19,900 bases of DNA from Spirogloea muscicola (taxonomy: Eukaryota), in NCBI GenBank assembly GCA_009602725.1, contig WELB01000028.1, positions 972,916 through 992,815 on the forward strand. Direction: 5' to 3'. Below, piece by piece: positions 18,278 through 19,900 of this stretch. The notes beneath the pieces are model-generated. The model saw only the letters and a list, made by a program, of their open reading frames with translations. It was not told where the DNA came from and made no database searches. The position numbers and the translations under genes were made by a program. Position 1 is the first letter of the stretch. Every line of letters starts with the position of its first letter.

Positions 18278-19900
18278 TCAAAATCCAGCAGTAAGCTCCT
18301 TGAGCTCCTCTGCCGAAATAGCCTGTAGACGAGCAGGTGCTGCCGCTAATTAGCTGCATTCGTGCGACCTGATAGCGCGTGAGGAAGTGTCAGCCCCTTC
18401 ATCACTCAATTTCGCAAGTGAAGTTGGCACCCTTTCTGTGGCGAAGGAGTCAATTGATCGCCTCCCCAATTGCAAGCACTGCCAAAGTGGCAGGTCGAGC
18501 ATTGCAGGAAGAATGAGCACTGTAAGCTACACCACTCATCGGGCTGCACACACGCGAGGAGGGCTTAGGGCTTAGGTTCTTCCTTGAAGGAATTCATATG
18601 CCACTGACCTGCTCCTTCCCGGCAAAGTCGTTGTCGTCCGTGAGGAAGAGCATGCAGTGGCATTCCTTCCTGCCACTCAATGGCAGCTGGCATGCATCAG
18701 CCAACTATGCCACAAGCAGACTGCCATCACCAGGTCGTATGACTGCGTACCCTCAAGGCGTGCTCCAAGGCCTGCTCTTTACATAACAAATTTAAGAGAG
18801 CCGTCTATGGAGGAGTCTGGCAACAGGGGCCCGCTAGACTCTTCTCCTTTTAGGTTCAAATAGAGCATACAGATGACGTGCAGTGAGGGGGACCCGTGGC
18901 GATTTCTGGTCTCGGGCCAGAGCTTGGCCCAGTTTGCAGATCATAATCACGTGTGGCCAGTCTCCCCAGGAGTGTCAACAACCCCTCCCCCCATACCTCC
19001 CTTTTTTGCTGCCAAGTTTGAAGCAGACGAGCATGCCGAGTCGTGCTGGTCGTGAGGGGGCATGCGAACCTCTCTCGCATGGGAACGCAGGGGCAGTTCC
19101 AGAAGCCCTGCTGAGCCTCTGCGACCTTATCATCATAGTGCCTGCATGCACGCAAAGTCAGACAAGCCCAACGATGACCACCTCTGTCATGGGATAGTTA
19201 GCAGAGGCTATACCGCCTGGACTTTGGCAACTCAGACCAGACTATGCTGGGACGTGGCCAGTCCGCTGTGGCAGGGATTGCGCAGGAGCCGACGACTGCT
19301 GGGCTGCACCTCCGTGCTTCTCATGCTCTATCTCAACAAGGGAGCCGCAAGGCCGGCAGCGTGCACACACCTGCAGGGACAAAGGGGCGCTCCCAGAGTG
19401 TCCTTGTGCTCTGCCAGACCCTACGCAGCACGAGCGCCGCCAAAGACGACCTGGGGTGAGGGCCGCAGCCGGGACGGGCCGTGGAGCTGGACGAGCCGTG
19501 CTCGACGAGGCTGGGCTAACGCCAGGATGCCCAAAGGGGCACGGCTGCGAAACGCCACTGCACGCCGGAGCTGGCGGCAGGACGCTGTCAGCCAGGCCGC
19601 GGCAGCGGCGAGAGCGGAGGCGGCGGCGGCACCTTGATAACGACCGCCGTGACGCCCTTGTCGGAGCAGAAGAAGGTGTTGGAGCGCCGGGCGTACTGCT
19701 CCGAGAACTTGCGCATGGCCTCCAGCGACTTCTGCGTCGGCTCCGCTGCACCACGGCGGGCGCCGCGCCGGTGTCAGCGGCCGCCGTGAGGAGTCCCGAG
19801 TGCAGCCTCAGCCGCCGCCATGCCGGAGCTGCCGCCTCGGCGGGCCGCCAGTCTGCTCACCGGCGGCGCGGACCAGCAGCGCGCGGCCAAGGCGGCGCGC
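18278..19900 (-). CDS. FTRC: Ferredoxin-thioredoxin reductase catalytic chain, chloroplastic (5' end beyond the window). Exons >19900-19861, 19745-19633, 19420-19371, 19141-19070, 18669-18609, 18322-18278
   Basis: ..LLVRAA|AEPTQKSLEAMRKFSEQYARRSNTFFCSDKGVTAVVIK|GLAEHKDTLGAPLCPCR|HYDDKVAEAQQGFWNCPCVPMRER|KECHCMLFLTDDNDFAGKEQ|AISAEELKELTAGF*. The CPC/CPC/CHC motifs carry the 4Fe-4S ligands and the redox disulfide. Confidence 0.96.
18560..18576 (+). repeat. Short telomere-variant tract (CTTAGGG) in an FTRC intron
   Basis: aggg-cttaggg-cttagg. Confidence 0.5.

Overview
Intron-rich, GC-rich nuclear DNA from a green-plant lineage; the style suggests a streptophyte alga, but the species cannot be determined from this window. 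It holds five spliced protein-coding genes: an At5g52880-type F-box protein (+), a plastid At1g12230-type transaldolase-family protein (+), an RBM18-like RRM protein (-), a PAM2+2xRRM PABP-interacting CID protein (+), and the ferredoxin-thioredoxin reductase catalytic subunit (-, runs off the window). An assembly gap of ~790 N lies at 13763-14552. The unusual part is ~2.9-8.0 kb: a dense nest of 5'-truncated 3' ends from several diverged subfamilies of a restriction-like-endonuclease (CRE-like) non-LTR retrotransposon. These occur in head-to-tail runs and as nested inverted pairs. Seven of them share a C-terminal SDxxxLTRG(Y) motif, and a GGCTG-loop-CAGCC stem-loop recurs in their 3' tails, with an orphan copy at ~12.1 kb. 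Exon coordinates were read by hand from GT/AG sites and frame continuity; protein identities are from recalled motifs, not database searches.
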